In this document: one piece after another, positions 14,170-27,793 of the stretch
How positions within the stretch are numbered: the first letter of the stretch is position 1
Layout: each line of letters opens with the position of its first letter
Source: Spironucleus salmonicida
Taxonomy: Eukaryota
DNA length: 64,000 nucleotides
Direction: 5' to 3'
Assembly (NCBI RefSeq): GCF_000497125.1
Contig: NC_090597.1
Span: forward strand, 755,797-819,796
The notes under the pieces: model-generated
Told to the model about the DNA's origin: nothing
Database searches by the model: none
Seen by the model: the letters and a program-made list of their open reading frames with translations, nothing else
Program-made: the position numbers and the translations under genes

Positions 14170-14920
14170 GCTATCGGTTCCTGCCTTCTTGACGGCATAT
14201 AAAGTAAGGTTGGCCCGAAGGCGCCCGCAACCACAATTCTTGCTACCAAACCTCCAGGGATGCTGTCAGCCACATCTATTGGTACAAAACATCAAGGTGC
14301 TGACTAGATAGAATCATCTTCACATTTTTAGCATTTTTTAGTTTCACATTTGTATTCAGGGAGATAATAACAGCATTTAGTCTTATCTTTGGCTCATGTA
14401 TGACGGTTAGCAGAGGTTATGCGCCTGCAAACAGTTGTTTTGGGTTCAATTCTGCAGGCCGCTGCAGCAGTCCCAATGCATGCTCCGCCCTCTGCTAATG
14501 ATGTGTCACAAGATGTTAACATCTTAGCTAATTATCATCTGGTGTGCAGCGAGGCTAGCATAGAACAAATCAACATTATATGATTAGAATTTCCACTTTC
14601 GACCTAATTTTCTCCAAATTTAGTTAATTACCGATACCAATCTGTACATACACCGCACAAATTCGCTATCTTCCTGTATCCTGCGACACAAATATCTCCA
14701 TACTTCAGGAAAAAGTCTCTCTAACATATTTAAATACTTTTCTATTATAGCTCCCACAGGCACACCTCAAAAACGCTTCTACTGCCCAAATGACCCGTAT
14801 TGGACTCACTGCACTTCTCTACACATCCATCTTATTTAGCACATGCTGCTTCAAGTATTCGCACTGAAATCCCAGGTCTTGCATTGCAGGTGGAACTTTT
14901 TCGCATTTTGCTGGTATTTT
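14170..14920 (-). pseudogene. decayed CRMP1-like gene
   Basis: IPGGLVARIVVAGAFG then, after a frameshift, LYAVKKAG resembles the [22 protein letters not shown] tail. Scattered Cys motifs lie upstream. Confidence 0.5.
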
Positions 14921-15473
14921 AAGAGTTTTTGATTTTATATACTATTATACAAGTTTTAGATTTAATCGGCTGAAACGCCTTTAGTAATTTAAAAAGTATA
15001 CAGCAGAAACTAACTTTGCACCTTAAATACACTAAATTATAGTATATTATATGGGTATAAAAACAATGATTTGTAACTGAAGATGCATATCAATAATATA
15101 TAGCTCAATACAATATATTAATAAATAATTTTAGTATAAGATACTTTGAATACAGTATATTGTATATATATTTTAATATAAAATAATAATCTGGTTAGTA
15201 TTTTACGTAAAAATTTAACATTACATGAAACTTTTTAATTCTGATTTATTATTTTGAGGATCTAGTGTTATTTTTATCTTCATATATTTATTATTTAATT
15301 AATAAAGGTAAAATTGAGATAGTACCATTTACATATAAATATATAATCTTTAAAAATTATTATTTTTACTTTCGTATAATAATAGTTATTATAAGTAAAA
15401 ACAAGGACGCAAATAATATCATTTATATTAATTTCTATATATAAGTGTAAATACAGTTTCTAGAGTTTATTAA

Positions 15474-17015
15474 ATGAATCCCTACATCTGCCCTACAAAA
15501 ACCTGTCCAGAAGGCACTGTTTGCCCAACCGCTGACAAAACAAATCCACAAATGTGTCAAGCGTGCGAAATATTCAACTGTAGGAAGTGTCAGTCGTATT
15601 CACGGGGCAAGTGTTAAGCATGCCGATATGGATACTACTTAGAGAGTAATACCTGCAAGGCATGTAAGGAAAACTGTGAAAATTGTGGCAGCCGCGGATG
15701 CTTCAATTGCATCCCAGGATACTTAGTTAAAGATGGTTAGTGTGTTAAATGCGTGTAGGATTGCAACATCTGTTTTGGGGAGTGGGCATGCAAAGAATGC
15801 AACCAGGGATTTTTTAAAGATAGATTCTATAATTGTTAGCCCTGCGCCCCAGGTTGCAGCGAATGCACTAGTAAATGGTCATGTAGCCGATGCTTACCTG
15901 ACCATAATTTTATAAATAAAGTGTGCCAGAAATGCCCAGAAAACTGTATAAACTGTGAAGATAATAAATGCTATGAGTGTGTAGACGGTTATAGAGCAAT
16001 AAAAGATGTATGCCTGCCCTGCCCAGAAAGCTGCAAAAAATGCTCCAGCCACTAAGAATGCTAAATTTGCAAAGATGGCTATTTACTTGATATGAAGTCT
16101 AATACGTGCACGCTCTGCAAAGCCAACTGCCGCGCATGTTCGTCGAAGGATGTATGCGGCCTCTGCAAAGACCACCACGATCTGGTTGGCGGTGAGTGCG
16201 TTCCGAGCGAATGCAACACAAATAACCTCTGCGGACCTACCTAGTTCTGTGATGCTAAGAGTACTGGTTCGACTTGCGTTAACTGCATGGAAGGGTGCGA
16301 TAGCTGCAAGACTTTAGAGGTTTGCAGTAGATGCTCAACTGGCTACTTGAAATAGGATGACCGCTGTTTGAAATGTGCTCCAAATTGCTAGCAATGCTCG
16401 GTAGTTGACACATGTAATTAGTGTTTGACAGGATATAGATTCACCAATGATTAATAGTGCGTAAAGGATTAGTGCGAAAATAAAAGAGGATGTTCTTAGG
16501 GTAAGAGCTGTAAAGAACTTGATTCTGGGAATATATGTATTTAATGTCCTGATTTATGTAAGGTTTGCTCTGACACAGACACTTGCACAGAATGTTTAAA
16601 GTATGCACGGTTTACATTGGATAAAAAGTGTGTAGAAGATTAATGCCAATAAAATATTAGCTAGTTCGCTGGATTTTACTGCAAGGTATAAGATAATGGT
16701 AATAGTTGGGAGTAGTGTCCTGCTAATTGCTTCACCTGTGATAGCAAAACTGTGTGCACCTAATGCAAAGATAATGCTCCTCCTGTAGACGGAGCATGTG
16801 TAATCTAAAACAACTAAATAAGTAATGGATCTATGATCGGAATCGTTGTTGGCATAATAGCTGTAGTTGGCATTGTTATAGGCGGAGTAGTATATGCTGT
16901 TTAAATGAAGAAAAAATCTAATTTAGTTTAAAAGAATAGTAATGTAAAACCTAATAAGTAAAACATATAATTTCAAATTGACGAATCAGTAAAAATACTG
17001 ACCAAAACTGAATGA
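15474..17015 (+). CDS. cysteine-rich membrane protein, divergent type, 513 aa
   Basis: MNPYICPTKTCPEGTVCP..., furin-like CXXC repeats, TM MIGIVVGIIAVVGIVIGGVVYAV, tail ...SVKILTKTE-TGA. Length 1542 = 514 codons. Confidence 0.9.
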
Positions 17016-17189
17016 TGAATTCCCTCCACTATATTTCAATATATATTTGATAGTTTTTAACTGAACTTCGACTTCTCTATCCTCTAAGTACAATCTGTCT
17101 CATACCCCCAAAACGCAAAAAGCAAATTTCTGAAATCCGAAGCAGCTACACTAAATTAATAAATATTTACATCCAACAACTCACTTTCA

Positions 17190-19016
17190 TCATTACTACC
17201 TCCACTTCATTACTGTTTTCCGCTTTGCGATTTTCGCCCTCCTAAGATACCAGAAAACTCCACCAGAAGCACCCAACACGACCGATTTAACGGCCAGCGA
17301 AATTCCTAATACTGCCCCAGAAGACAGACGATTACCTTCTTCCGCACTTGCAAAGCAAAAAGCTCCTACTTCAACAGCCCCGTCAACGCAATTAGCGCAC
17401 GCACCATCTTCAATTTTGTAGCCGTATAAGCAGTCCCCGCACTTGTTGCTGTCATCAGCTAAGCAAATTCTGCAGTTTATGCTATCCCCGCATTTGCATT
17501 CCGTGACCTGCCCGCGGCTCCCGCACTACACAGCCTTACAACCAATGCAAGCGTGCCCGTCTGTTAACATATCCGCACAAACGTCTGATGCACGTTCATC
17601 GCTTAGCCTTTAGTTCAGCTATCACACATTTTAGCGTTTTGCGAGCACGTACCGCATCTGGAATCGCACTTCGCACAGACGCCTCACAGCATAAAAAGCC
17701 TTACGCGCAGTTGCTGCATTCCAGGTTCTTGTCGATCGCGTACCCAGAAATGCAGGTCGCGCACCTTCATAGGTTTTTAAGCTTACAGCTCCAGCAGTTA
17801 ATTGACAGGTTCTATTAACACTGCTCTTTCTCGTTATCATCGCAGCTGAAGCAGTTACATTTTCTTTAAAAAGTATCTCTAGCAAATCATGTACATAACT
17901 GATCTGCGCAGCCCCTGCAGTCAGTGTTATCTTCCTTGCATACTGCGCAGTTATCAGTACAGTTTTTGCATATATTATCGCAGATTTAGTTTATATCGCA
18001 ACTGCCGTCATCTACTTTGCATTATTTTTAGCATTTACCACGTTATACAGAAAAATAATCTTTACAAACCGTGCAGTTATCGTTATTAGCTAAGCAGGAA
18101 TTGCACTTTTCATCTGCACATGTATCGCACTAGTTGCTTATGATAGAAACCCCATTCTTGCAAATCGTGCAAACCGAGCTAGATACGCAGCTTTCATAGC
18201 AGGAAGTACATTTTTCGCCTTCCCATCTAAACCCAGATTTGCACACCGCACATCTTCATGTACATTCTGTGCAGCTGATATAACAGATTGAGTTGGACCT
18301 GCAGTCACCAGTCCTGGTGCATTTTTTCGCATTTTTTTAGAAACGAAAATCAATTTTTGCACACCATCCATATCTCTTTATTATCTGACCAGGGCTTACA
18401 TTTCTCGTCTATTCAAGAAACGCAAATATTGTTTTCGATCAAAAATTCTTACTAAAAAGCTGTGCAAGCGGAGAAAGAACTTGCATTTTGCTTAGTTGCA
18501 GGGCGCAAAATTTTCTCTCGACGGCGCGAATCCGCTAAGACAGGATTTGCTGGTGCTGGCGTTATAACAATTTACTACAATTTTGGGATTGCCGGTCTTG
18601 AAAGTTACAGATTTTCAGGTCGTGAGAGTTCAAATGATGTGATTTTGAAGGATTTGAGTTAATTTAAATATTTAGCTTTTTGGAGATAATTTAGAGCAGT
18701 TAGTTGTTTTAGAAGAAATTCAGGGACTATCATTTTCCTGCATTTCTGACATTAATTTATGAGAAAAAATGGTATTATTATTTCAATTTTAGTACTTTTT
18801 AGCAGAAACTGAGTTTTTACTGCAATTTGCATAACAGTTATATCATGTATTACTTACAGTAACGAAGCGGTTTTCTGCGTAGAATGTGCAATGTGCAATT
18901 TTCGCGTTATTGTACGTTAAAAATGAGGTATTGTATGAGATGCAGATTGAAAAATAATAGGTAGTTGCATTTGCTGATGATTAGAAAGTTGGCCTGGGTG
19001 AGTTGGGGCGGTGCAT
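17190..19016 (-). pseudogene. full-length decayed CRMP2-type gene
   Basis: Recognisable 3' end (LSSGAVLGISLAV..GASGGVFWYLRRAK). The frame from ATG 19016 hits TGA near 18843-18845 and many Cys codons are lost. Confidence 0.75.
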
Positions 19017-20609
19017 TTTGCGTAATTTTGTTGATATTATATATAATATAGTATAATAAAAAAAATGTTATGGTGTTTTTAGATTTCGTGTTTCTTAAAT
19101 TGGGATATGATAATATAGGTATTAAATGTGAGATATCTAGAAAAATGTATGAATTGGAAATAATGGGGATAAAATATATTTGTGATAAAATTAAATAGAA
19201 TTATGTAATTAATAATATAATATTAATTTATGATTATTTCTTTTTATTTAGTTCGTATATGGTGGTAATAATACAGGTTCGAAATAAATGTACATTTTAA
19301 TTGATTAGTTTAGTAGAATTAGTTATGGAATATATAAAAATCAATAACTCAATGTGAGACACAATTTATATTATAAAAATTCAGAGTGAGTAGCATTACA
19401 AAGATTGTTTTAAGTTTTTATATTACGAATATATTAAATTAGGTTCTGAAATTTTATTTTAGAAATTATTCGTTACAAATTCTTTTATTATGTATAATTC
19501 TATTATATATTTTTAATATCAGAAATGCAATTAGTACCATTGCCTGGTAGATAATCTATTAACTTTAGTTCAGTAAGCAATACTAAATAAGAAAATAAAT
19601 AGTATTAAATTCTTTAAATAACATTAATTTTACTTAATAATTGCTTTTGTAAATAACAACCTAGCATAATTTTTTTTCTAAATATCATCTTTAAAGATGG
19701 ATTTAATATCATTATATAATAATTAAAAAGTAGAACAACATTTTTTAAAGATAATTAATACGCTAATTCCATTATTGAAATGATTTTTTAATATATTCTT
19801 AATCATAATATAAATTTATTTATTTCAGGTGATAATTTACTAGATTAATATTGAGGAGCTATATAAACCAATATCACATCATATTTTATGGATTATAGAT
19901 TCTACTTTAAAATAATGTCATGAGAAAACTATATTCTACATTATTCTAAAATTTGGAATCTAAATAAAATATATCACTCATAATACGATTTTAAAGATTT
20001 TTCAAAGAACTTTCGTAATTAAAAATGCAAATACTTACTATAGTATTTCTATTAAAACTACTATGTACATATTTAGATTATTTTTAGATCAATTTATTGT
20101 GGAATAAATACCAGCACTGGGTATTAGTTTTATGAGTACAAATAATTTAAAATTATGTTTCTTCATATGGTATTCAGTAAAAATTAGATTTATTTAAATT
20201 ATTTATAGATTTACTGTTATCAATAATATAACAAAATATAATATTTTATAAAACATTGTATTAATAGTTATTTTGATATATTTAAGTTATAATTAGGAAT
20301 AGATAATAAGTAACTAATCGTTAGTATAATAAATAAATTATTCACTGTTCTATTATTCATGTGTTATCTTAATTAATCTATTTTTAAAATATCGCTATTA
20401 TAGTTTTTCCTTTATAACAAAAAATTAACAAAATAAAATTATTTTAAGATCATACCTAAAATTTATCATAATATAAGGCTCTATATAAAATTTAATATTA
20501 TTGTTAAATAAATATGTAATAAAGTTTTGTATATATCTTATTATTAGTTAACGTATGCACATCATATATGATTTTAAAATAGTTAATATTAGATCCAATT
20601 AAACTTTAA

Positions 20610-21290
20610 AATGTATATTAGTGGTAAATCAACATTACCAATAAATAAATGCGAAGTCTATACTTTCTGTCCCTAGATGGCTGAAACGAAGTAAATAGCC
20701 TAGAATGTAACAAAACTCATATTAAAAAAGGATAATGTTGCGTTTGTTCTAAAAATACAACTATAAGAAATTATCAAATTTGTACTGATCATAACGTTGA
20801 GTTTGTACAGTCTATAGATAAATATTACTACAAAATTACTGAACTCGTTCACCTATCATATGAATTGTGAAACTTGCAATGATACTTTAAAAATATATAC
20901 AAAATACATCGAAGGTTTTATTTTAGACCAACTCAATTATATATAGACGGCAAGCTAATAAATAATGTTGATAATATAATAAAAGAGTTTCCTAGTATAA
21001 ATAACGTAAATTCTACAGAAAATAGTGTACCGGCCTCCATTATCTATGTTTTGCACATTATATAAAGGTATTAATGATACTAAAATTCTTATCATCCAAG
21101 GATAATATACAAAATTACATACAATTTCGTCAATGGTAAATACTGTCTAAATGGATTTATTACAGGTAGGGGTGAAGATTCTGCTTCGTAATATAAATGT
21201 GGACGCACTAGTTATTGCGTTACATTTAATCGTAAAATAATGGTGTGCAAAAATATCTTACAAGCATGACAAACGTAAAGTTGGTCTGAG
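20610..21290 (+). pseudogene. decayed short-type CRMP
   Basis: KCEVYTFCPQMAET...ECNKTHIKKGQCCVCSKNTTIRNYQIC parallels the N-termini of 36143-36997 and 62606-63517; frameshifted. Confidence 0.55.
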
Positions 21291-21349
21291 TATTAGTTAT
21301 TTTTAAATACCTATAAATATAGTTATTAATAACAATATAGTATAAAGGA

Positions 21350-21768
21350 AACTTATTACTAGTTCTAAAATAACTGCTATCTTATCTAATATATTGAAAA
21401 TTTTTCGTTTTTAGTTTTTATTATGTTATATTAGTATTATACAACTATAATTAAACTCGATTTAAAAATTTAACTGTTCTAAAGATTATAAGTTATTACG
21501 CATTTGGCATATATAATAAGTATTACAATCAATGCATATAATAATAAAAGCTGCTTCTTTTCTTTTGCCCAATCTACTGCTATTCATGTATAATTACCTT
21601 AAGTAAATTTTATTAAACTATGCTCTTTTGTACATCATCAATTCCACACCTATTACCAAATTTATCCAAAAAATATTTTACTTCCATTTCATAATTCAAA
21701 AACATGAAACTACTAATCCTCTTTAGTATTAGAACTTTCTACCATTTAATATTTAAATTTTTATCAAA
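21350..21768 (+). promoter_or_regulatory. upstream region homologous to 42360-42773
   Basis: Shared blocks tatattagtat, caactat, ttaaactc, taaagattataagttattac, atccaxaaaxatattt and cttcca upstream of two CRMPs with closely related N-termini. Confidence 0.7.
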
Positions 21769-23478
21769 ATGAGCAACATGTGTAGTTCTAGTAGTAAAAC
21801 TTCCTGCAGTTCAGGTTTCTTCTGTCCATCCAATGTATCATCTGATGACACAGCGTGTCTAGTCTGCAAATCAGAATGTGCAACCTGCACGGGAGACACC
21901 GCAGAAGCTGCAACATGTTTAACCTGTGCAGATGGAAAGTATCTAAACAGTGATTCCTGCACCACCTGCGACGCAAAATGCGCTACCTGCACAGCAGAAA
22001 GCACCTGTCAAACCTGTAAAAATGGTAACTTTTTAAATGGAACCACCTGCTCAGCCTGCGTTTCAGGATAAACCATAAACTGCACCTGCGGAACCTCTGA
22101 AAACTGCTCCACATGCGCGGCTGATATGAGCAAATGCGACGTCTGCACGAATGGCCATTTCATATCAGGAGCTAAATGCACGGTGTGCTAAACTAATTAA
22201 ATGACTGCCTGCACGTGCACGACGGCGAAAAACTGCTCAACATGCGATGCTAACGATGCGGGAAAATGCAAAACATGCATAAACAATTTTGACCCGTCTG
22301 GTGACACTGCTTGTGAGAATTGCTTGTCAGGATTTTTCAAGGAGACCAAAGATGGGAGTGAAACTTGCACAGCCTGCTCTGCTAACTGTATAACGTGCAC
22401 TTCTAGCTCGGTTTGCACCGGCTGTGAGAATGGGTTTTCTATCGACTCCAACAAGTGCGTATCCTGTGCAGACTAAAACTGCACTACCTGCACAACTAAC
22501 AAAAACACCTGCGCGATGTGCAAAGCTGACTTTTCGGTGTAAAGCGGTAAATGTGAGAAAATATGCACAGCAAATGACGGCATCTGTGCCATGAATCAAA
22601 TCTGTGATACGATCTGCAAAACCTGTACCGGCAACTGCGCTACGTGCAAGAGCTCTGTAGCTATGTGTGTGACTTGCGAACCCGGATTCATTTTAGCAGG
22701 AGACAAATGTGAAGCCTGTCCCAACGGCTGCGCGAACTGCGATGGTAATAAAACCATCTGCTAGCTTTGTAAGGACGATTTTTCCCTAAAAGATAAAACT
22801 TGCACTGCTTGTACTGCAAACACAACAGAACAGTGTACGTGCGGTGAAGCAACTAACTGTGCGACCTGCGATGCTTCCAATAAAGGAAAATGTGGAACCT
22901 GTATCACCGGTTACAAAAAGGCCACAGGAGACATCTGTTCTGCATGCAACGACGGTTATCTGATGGTCGGAATGGTATGCACGAAATGCGGACCAAACTG
23001 CGCAACGTGCTCCTAAAGTATTGAAAAGTGCGATACCTGCGTCAGTTCGCACACAATGAGCATCAACTAGACGTGCGAGAAGAATTGCACTAATGCAATG
23101 ACAGATGATAAGGTGTGCACAGACTAGAAGGATGTCGAATGCGGAGCCAGCAACCAGGTAACTGCATGTAAATGTGGCAATACTGGAAATTGCTTCAAAT
23201 GCGACGGTTCGGATAAGGAAAAATGCGAGTCCTGCATGACAGGCTACAAATTTGTAAATTAAAAGTGCGACAGCTGCGCGGACGGGTACACAGATCTGGG
23301 TACTTTCTGCTTCCCCTAGAGCGATACTCTAAGTACCAACCTCTCTGGTGGCGCTGTTACAGGCATTATCATCGCGGGTCTGGTCGTTGTGGGTGGAGTA
23401 GCCGGTGGCATTTTTTGGTACATGAAGAAGTCAAAGCTTAATTAGGAGATTGACGAGTAGAAGTTTGTCCTGAAGTGA
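21769..23478 (+). CDS. cysteine-rich membrane protein (CRMP2-type), 569 aa
   Basis: MSNMCSSSSKTSCSSGFFCP... to GGVAGGIFWYMKKSKLNQEIDEQKFVLK-TGA. Length 1710 = 570 codons; joins ORFs 21769 and 22201; ends AAGTGA. Confidence 0.92.
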
Positions 23479-24471
23479 TAATTCACGTTATATCATAGTT
23501 TATGGTTATTAATATGGAGGCATGCTGTGATCATGATTAATATAGGGACATAAATTTTTTAAAATAGGATTATTAAATATGAAGAAGAATTCGAGTTACT
23601 TAAATCTTACATACTACTTATTTCCTCACAATATTGAAATACTCTGTTTATCTCCATTATATCATTAAGTAAGCGAACATCTACTAAATATTATAACTAA
23701 TTTAGCAATCTTATCCATGCTATGCTAAACTTTATCATTACATAAGTATTTTGCGAAATTCAATTTTATGCTTTGCGTTGGATTGCAAAACTGGCTATGA
23801 AACTTGAAATGGTATGAAATAGATAATGATAGTTTTAGTATGAGATTAGTATTTAATTGGGTAAGCAAATGACTAGTTGAGCATGTGTTGAACTAAATTT
23901 TGCGGTTCTAATTTAATTTTTAAGTGTTAATATAACTTTCTAATTATCATATTATTTAAGATAATTATTTTAGGTTATGGGTATGATTTTTCTATTTGGT
24001 GAGTTGATTAGTAGTATAATTGTGAGGAAACTGTCGTAAAAGCAAGATATTTTATTGCACATATAAGAAGATAAAATAGTAGATTAAACTACTTTTGTAG
24101 TTTTTGAATACTTATATGTTGAATTTAATGATGACTACTTAGTGATTAATCATAATTGCCTTCTTCATTTCAATATATTGTGTATCTTCTACTATGGTAA
24201 TTTAATAAGCATATTAAGTAATTATTATAGTTCCATTTTATCAAAAAATATACTATGGATATTATATATTCGTATTATTATCTAAACTTCTCTTCTATAT
24301 AGGTTTTATGCATAGTATCACGGTATGGCAATCTGATGCCTAGTTAAAGTGAAAATTTTCTATTAAGGTATGCTATAACAATGCAGAGAAAATTCTGAAA
24401 CTAGTTATAATGTAATCGGTCTTGTAGTAGTTAATTCCATATGGTTCATGTAATTTATACAACAATTATTT

Positions 24472-26175
24472 AATATTACCCCTGCTCTGTCGAGTGCACT
24501 TTTTTGAAAAAGTATAAATGTGCCCAAAGAGGAAAAGTTGCAAACTTATTTAATGGAAAAGACTCATATTCTTTTTATTTTGTTTTTCTTGTTGTGTTTC
24601 TTAATATTCATTTTAATCGAATTCCGCTCCAGAATTGGAAAATCCACAAAATAACTCTTTGTCGAACAATCTTTAATTACTTGACCCAATAAATAATACA
24701 ATATATCTGTGAAAAGCAAATAAGCATATAAAACCAATTTAGGCCTAGCTAGGAGCCATTACAAAATTAGAATTCAAAACTTATAATCTAAATTATAGCC
24801 ATCAAATTATTTCCATATCATAATTAAGACATTATTTTAGTAAAAAAGTATTATTGTAAAATATTAGTAAAAATAGATTTATTCATCCAAATTTTAAATT
24901 CTATATTTTTTACAACAATAACAATTTACAGAATATACTAATATCTGATGAAGATGAACATTAGATGAGTGTGATATAGTTTATTTCCAGTAAATTAAGG
25001 AAAAATATTATTAGAATGATGATGATATTAAAAAAGTTAATAATTATACTTTGATAATTAGTAAAATTTTAATGTTACCACTAGAAATGTAGATTAAGAT
25101 TCCATTGAATGCTGTTTAAAGATAGTTTAGTATGAAATTGGAATAAATTCAGAAAAATAGAATATTTACCAATTGACGAGCCACTGTCCCCATTTAAAGG
25201 CAGATATACTAAAAAATATACATACCTTAGAATCTAAATAAATGTAGACATCTTTTAGGTCAGTATCAGTCCAAAAATGGTTACTGCTTTAAATTGTAAT
25301 CTTATTTTGATTTTGGGTCCAGTAAGGCTTAAAAGATATTATATAGTACCTTGTGTATATATTTCCATATAGTCAAAGAGGTGTGAGTTGTGAATATTTT
25401 ATAATTCTGAAAAGTTATCAAATATTGTTTAACTAATAAATTAAACTTTACTTACGATACGTAGCAACAGGTACAAAAGTAATACTTACCTAAAGAATTA
25501 AAAGTCAAGTAATCTAAAATTTTAACTTTTGAATATTTTCATGATTTAGAATGAAGATCAAAAACATAAAATTAACAAAGTTGTTTTTCTCAATGATCTT
25601 ATAGGTTAACTCTAATGAAAAGAAACACACATTTACTTATTCACGTACATCCATAGTAGATCTATATAATAAATTAATGGAAGGAGTAGATTTGTAGGAT
25701 TATAATATTCAACTCATAGGTTGCTAATAAAATTTAAATGAGGGGATATTAAATTTATTTCATAGACTCGATATCTGTTTAGTAAATTATTAGATTTACT
25801 TCAAAGAAATCAGCAATATTGAAAATCTTGAACTTAAACAATATTTAAAGGCCTAATGAGATAAATTTCTTTGGATATGCCGCCAAAGTATAGTAAATAT
25901 AATATAGGGCGATAAGCTACTTACTAGCGCTGTTCTAACATTCAATCTAATTAAAATAGTGTTATTTAATGATAATATCTTATCTGCTGTCTGTAGTAAA
26001 TGCTAGAACTGGAGAACACTCTATATGTGTAGTCAATGCGTTGATATAAGAAAACAAAGCAACTACAGAAAGCGATATTTGCAAATATTACTTTTTCGGA
26101 AATAGCTTTTAGCCCGTATTCCCAATAGCAGATAAAGTCATATACATAACGCTCCCATCAGTAGCGGGTAATATT
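24472..26175 (+). mobile_element. decayed piggyBac-like (PGBD / DDE_Tnp_1_7) transposon
   Basis: Motifs in piggyBac order: IDEPLSPFKGR (GAC at 25175), SCEYFYNSEKL (~25386), VATGT (~25461), IVDLYNKLMEGVDLQD (25653-25700), LFHRLDICLVNYQIY (~25755), CSKCQNWRTLYMCSQC (25992-26039). Frameshifts are present. The span is bounded by the inverted 10-mer AATATTACCC / GGGTAATATT; the termini are tentative. Confidence 0.75.
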
Positions 26176-26879
26176 TTTCGAAAGATTTTTCCTATAGCTT
26201 TGGTTGAATAACGGCCTCACCAGGAAACAGCTAATAAAGTTAATATTAGTATTATATTTGTTATACTTTTTATAATTTTAATTAGTAGTAATTATATTAT
26301 CTAATATAAGGATTATTTTTAGTTTTATTATATTATATAATATTACTCAATAAATAGTTAATTTTTGAACGAACTATTAAGATTTAGTTGTTTGAGCGAT
26401 AATAGCTTATCGTGTATTGACATTAATAATTATTATCTGTTATACGAAGATAATATGAAATTAGCGCCGTTACTTTTATATAAGGAACCTAATCATTTAA
26501 ACCTATTTCTTATAAAAAACTCTACAACTATATTCATGTATGATAATTATTTACCTTATTTTCACTCCTAATTGTCCTATTTTAAGTCATTAGATATATT
26601 TATAAACCAATTCACTATCCTTGAAGTGACCCAAAACATAAAACAATTAATCTTAGTCACTACTAAGGCTTATAACCTTTTTATACTTCTACTTATATAG
26701 AAAGTACTAAGTACTCCACATCTTCATTTTCAAGATCCTGAGTGAGTCTACTTTCCCCAACAAAACATAGCAGCTGATTCCACAGAACACCTCCTCTGCA
26801 TCACAAACATTATTTATCAAAACGGTAATAAGTGAAATACTTTAACTCGAAATCACTGATTTTCCTGCACCATAACTTA

Positions 26880-27793
26880 AATGGCTGCACTCATCTTTAA
26901 CACTACTAAAACCTACGTTTCCACTCGGATGAACGAGGAATAAACCTATACTAAGTGTTACAGTCTGTCCAGTATGATATATTGCGAAACCTGCAAAGCT
27001 TAGTTGCTCTATTATGGTTTCTGCAAGCTTCCGAAAGTTTACAGACTGTAAATCTGGTCATATTTTGAAAATGATAAATATACTGCACGCTTAGAGGGAG
27101 ACAACATTTAAGATAATAACAATATTAGATAAAAAATTTCCAAGGATACCTTTCAAATCAAATGGTAAGTATGCATTCTTTCTATACGAAGAGAACTTAA
27201 AATACTAACACGCTTCAGCTGTTAGCTGCATCACCTACAACACGGCAATCCAAAAAATGATCAACATGCATCACTAGCTGCAAACGGTACCGGCTTTAGC
27301 TGAGATAGCGGAGTTTGATGGTGGAAATTGCATGCACAATATCCAGGGAACTGTTGTAACCCTAGCCATGCACAATAGAGCTTTGCGATACGTGTGGTGA
27401 TGCTCATTAAATGGAAATTGATTAATTTGCGTTACCCTAATTGTAGTCATTAAATAACAGTTAGATAGCTTACATCCGTGGAGTTGCGCCTGATTATGAT
27501 AGAGTAGGTTAAAGTACTTTATACAGATATCAAGATGCCTAAACTTATTTTAAGTATGATGAAAGTAACAATAAAGAATGTCATAATTATATGCACTAAT
27601 ACAAATTCAAAATAAAGCATGTACAGGTTTGTTGATTCGTTTGTGTCAAGTGTATAGCGCTATTTATTACTAATCAAGTATCTGGAAGTCTATCTACTAT
27701 ATGGCGGCTTGAATTGTGATTCCAGTATTAGGTGCCGTATGTGCTATCGACGGCAGCCTGATTTCTTATGTTATCAAGAAAGGAAAGAAATGA
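26880..27793 (+). pseudogene. decayed CRMP1-type gene
   Basis: Ends IVIPVLGAVCAIDGSLISYVIKKGKK-TGA, with an in-frame TGA just before the TM. Remnant CETCK and DCKSG motifs lie upstream. Confidence 0.7.
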
